This document shows positions 62,177 through 64,000 of a stretch of DNA of 64,000 nucleotides, one piece after another. Under the pieces are notes generated by a model. The model was given only the letters and a program-made list of their open reading frames with translations, had not been told where the DNA came from and did not search any database. The position numbers were made by a program, and so were the translations under genes. How positions within the stretch are numbered: position 1 is the stretch's first letter; every line of letters begins with the position of its first letter. The stretch comes from an uncultured Chloroflexia bacterium (GTDB lineage: Bacteria; Chloroflexota; Dehalococcoidia; DSTF01; JALHUB01): contig OY969814.1 in assembly GCA_963703345.1 (NCBI GenBank), positions 2,025,462 to 2,089,461 on the forward strand. Direction: 5' to 3'.

Positions 62177-64000
62177 ATGAATATGCCAATGATAGCGACC
62201 AAGCAACCTCTTGTCGAACGCGTGGGGGCGCTACCGAACAAGCCCGGCGTGTACATCTTCCGCAATGAAGAAGGACGCGTCATCTACGTCGGGAAGGCGG
62301 CGGCGTTGCGCAATCGCGTGCGCTCCTACTTCGGCTCGCCGCGGAGCATGGAGTCGAAGGTGCGGGCGCTGGCGTCGAGCATCGCTGATTTCGACTACAT
62401 CGTCACGAACACAGCGCAGGAGGCGCTGCACCTGGAGGCGACGCTGGTCAAGCGGCACCAGCCCGTCTTCAATGTGCGCCTGAAAGACGACAAGCACTAC
62501 CCGTACCTCAAGATCGACGTGCAGAACCAGTGGCCGCGCGTCGAGATAACGCGACGCATCGAGAACGACGGCGCGCGCTACTTCGGGCCGTACGCGAGCG
62601 CCAGCTCCGTGCGCAGAACCCTCGACGTCGTCAAACGCCTCTTCCCCTGGCGTCCCTGCACTGAGGAGGTCACCGGTAGTCGCCCGCGGCCATGCCTGGA
62701 CTTCTTCATCGGGCGCTGCATTGCGCCCTGCTCCGGCGCCTGCTCCGAGGAGGAGTACGACGAGGTGATCCGCCAGGTGATCCTCTTCCTCGAAGGGCGG
62801 ACCGAGAACGTGCTGCGGGCGCTGCGAGCGCAGATGGACGAGGCGTCGCGGAACATGCAGTACGAGCGGGCGGCGATCCTTCGCGACCAGATTCGAGCCA
62901 TCGAGAACGTGTCGGAGGCGCAGGTGACGGCGTACGCGCGGCCGACAGACGAGGACGTCTTCGGTCTTGCGCGGTCGGAGGGCGAAGCGGTGGCGCAGGT
63001 GCTGTTCGTCCGCGGCACGAAGATGATCGGCGGCGACCACTTCCCGCTCGACGGGACGAAGGGGGAGCCAGACGCGGAGGTGATGAACGGCTTCCTGAAG
63101 CAGTTCTACGAGTCGGCGACTTACGTTCCGCGGACGGTCCTGCTGCCGCTGGAAATTCCGGAGATGGCGGAAATCGAGGATTGGCTGTCGGAGCGGCGCG
63201 GTGGTCGCGTGAAGCTGGTGACGCCGAGGCGCGGCACGAAACGCCGTCTCGTCAATATGGCGACGGAGAACGCCCGCGAGGCGCTGGCGGTGGCGCGGCT
63301 GCGCTGGCTAACGGACTCGGGCAAGACGCAGCAGGCGCTGGAGGAGCTCCAGGAGGAGCTCAATCTGCCAGCGCCGCCAGGTCGCATCGAGTGCTACGAC
63401 ATCTCCGACATCATGGGCGCGCATCCGGTCGGCAGCATGGTGGTGTTCGTCGATGGGCGGCCCCGGCGCGCGGAGTACCGTCGCTTTCGGGTCAAGAGCG
63501 TCGAAGGGGCGAACGACGTGGCGATGATGGCGGAGGTGCTGCGACGTCGCTTCAAGCGGGCGGCGCAGGCGGTGGAGGCGCAGGAGGAAGCGCAGGCGGA
63601 AGGCTGGGGCGCTCTACCGGACCTGCTCATCGTCGACGGCGGGAAGGCGCAGCTCAACGCGGCGCTCGACGTGTTACGGGAGGCCGGCGTGCCGCTCATT
63701 CCGGCAGCAGGGCTGGCCAAGCAGCAGGAGGAACTTTATGTGAAGGACGTGTCGGAGCCGATTGTGCTGTCGCGCACGTCGCAGGCGCTCTACCTGCTGC
63801 AACGCATCCGCGACGAGGCGCATCGCTTTGCTGTCACGTACCATCGCAATGTGCGACAGAAGGCCGGGACGCGCTCGGCGCTGGATGCAATACCGGGCGT
63901 GGGGCCGAAGCGGAAGCAGGCGCTGCTGCGGAAGTTCGGGTCGGTGCGAGAGATACGGGAGGCGAGCGTCGATGAGATTGCCTCGACGGTTGGGTACACG
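62177..64000 (+). CDS. uvrC: excinuclease ABC subunit C, 3'-partial (runs off window end)
   Basis: GIY-YIG N-terminus (KPGVYIFRNEEGRVIYVGKA), UvrBC domain, RNase H-like endonuclease domain; no stop before position 64000. Confidence 0.85.
   Translation, partial: MNMPMIATKQPLVERVGALPNKPGVYIFRNEEGRVIYVGKAAALRNRVRSYFGSPRSMESKVRALASSIADFDYIVTNTAQEALHLEATLVKRHQPVFNVRLKDDKHYPYLKIDVQNQWPRVEITRRIENDGARYFGPYASASSVRRTLDVVKRLFPWRPCTEEVTGSRPRPCLDFFIGRCIAPCSGACSEEEYDEVIRQVILFLEGRTENVLRALRAQMDEASRNMQYERAAILRDQIRAIENVSEAQVTAYARPTDEDVFGLARSEGEAVAQVLFVRGTKMIGGDHFPLDGTKGEPDAEVMNGFLKQFYESATYVPRTVLLPLEIPEMAEIEDWLSERRGGRVKLVTPRRGTKRRLVNMATENAREALAVARLRWLTDSGKTQQALEELQEELNLPAPPGRIECYDISDIMGAHPVGSMVVFVDGRPRRAEYRRFRVKSVEGANDVAMMAEVLRRRFKRAAQAVEAQEEAQAEGWGALPDLLIVDGGKAQLNAALDVLREAGVPLIPAAGLAKQQEELYVKDVSEPIVLSRTSQALYLLQRIRDEAHRFAVTYHRNVRQKAGTRSALDAIPGVGPKRKQALLRKFGSVREIREASVDEIASTVGYT

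Overview
High-GC (about 67-68%) bacterial chromosomal segment, densely coding, with a Gram-positive-like / Chloroflexi-like (Thermomicrobia-like) gene repertoire; the taxon is a guess. No mobile elements, CRISPR arrays or rRNA genes were found. Contents from start to end: (1) a partial YHS-domain gene, a TPR protein, a 2-hydroxyacid dehydrogenase and pyrE. (2) A minus-strand accessory-looking block: excisionase-family HTH, TolB-like PD40 lipoprotein, and two paralogous SdrD-B/CnaB-repeat surface proteins with sortase-type C-terminal signals. (3) Split ADP-forming acetyl-CoA synthetase (beta and alpha), a Zn alcohol dehydrogenase, an unassignable 543-aa protein, pth, an MBL hydrolase, a sigma/anti-sigma single-chain fusion with a Pro/Thr-rich tail, selB, gtrA, secDF, cca, def, rplS and trmD. 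(4) A complete dcw cluster, mraZ-rsmH-ftsL-ftsI-murF-mraY-murD-ftsW-murG-murC-murB-ddl-ftsQ-ftsA-ftsZ, with no murE, preceded by a TTGACA/TAGCAT promoter and a GTGGG direct-repeat MraZ operator. (5) Between ftsZ and the yggS-proC-yggT-yggU cluster, a nucleotide-reductase module: nrdR (preceded by NrdR-box-like palindromes), a small unknown ORF, and two tandem paralogous B12-dependent class II RNR genes (nrdJ), each ending in a Cys4 zinc ribbon. (6) recA-recX-rny-ymdB-PHP phosphoesterase. (7) A SipW-type signal peptidase flanked by two secreted proteins carrying SipW-cognate (TasA/camelysin-like) signal peptides. (8) A minus-strand tRNA cluster (Arg-GCG, Leu-CAG, Val-CAC) with a near-consensus promoter, icd, a tRNA-Met preceded by a ~150-nt structured leader, mscL with a zinc-ribbon tail, and 5'-partial uvrC. 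A ~150-bp GC-rich interspersed repeat (MITE/REP-like) occurs five times in intergenic sites. Its terminal hairpins differ in sequence between copies but keep the pairing. The many long antisense ORFs are GC artefacts.
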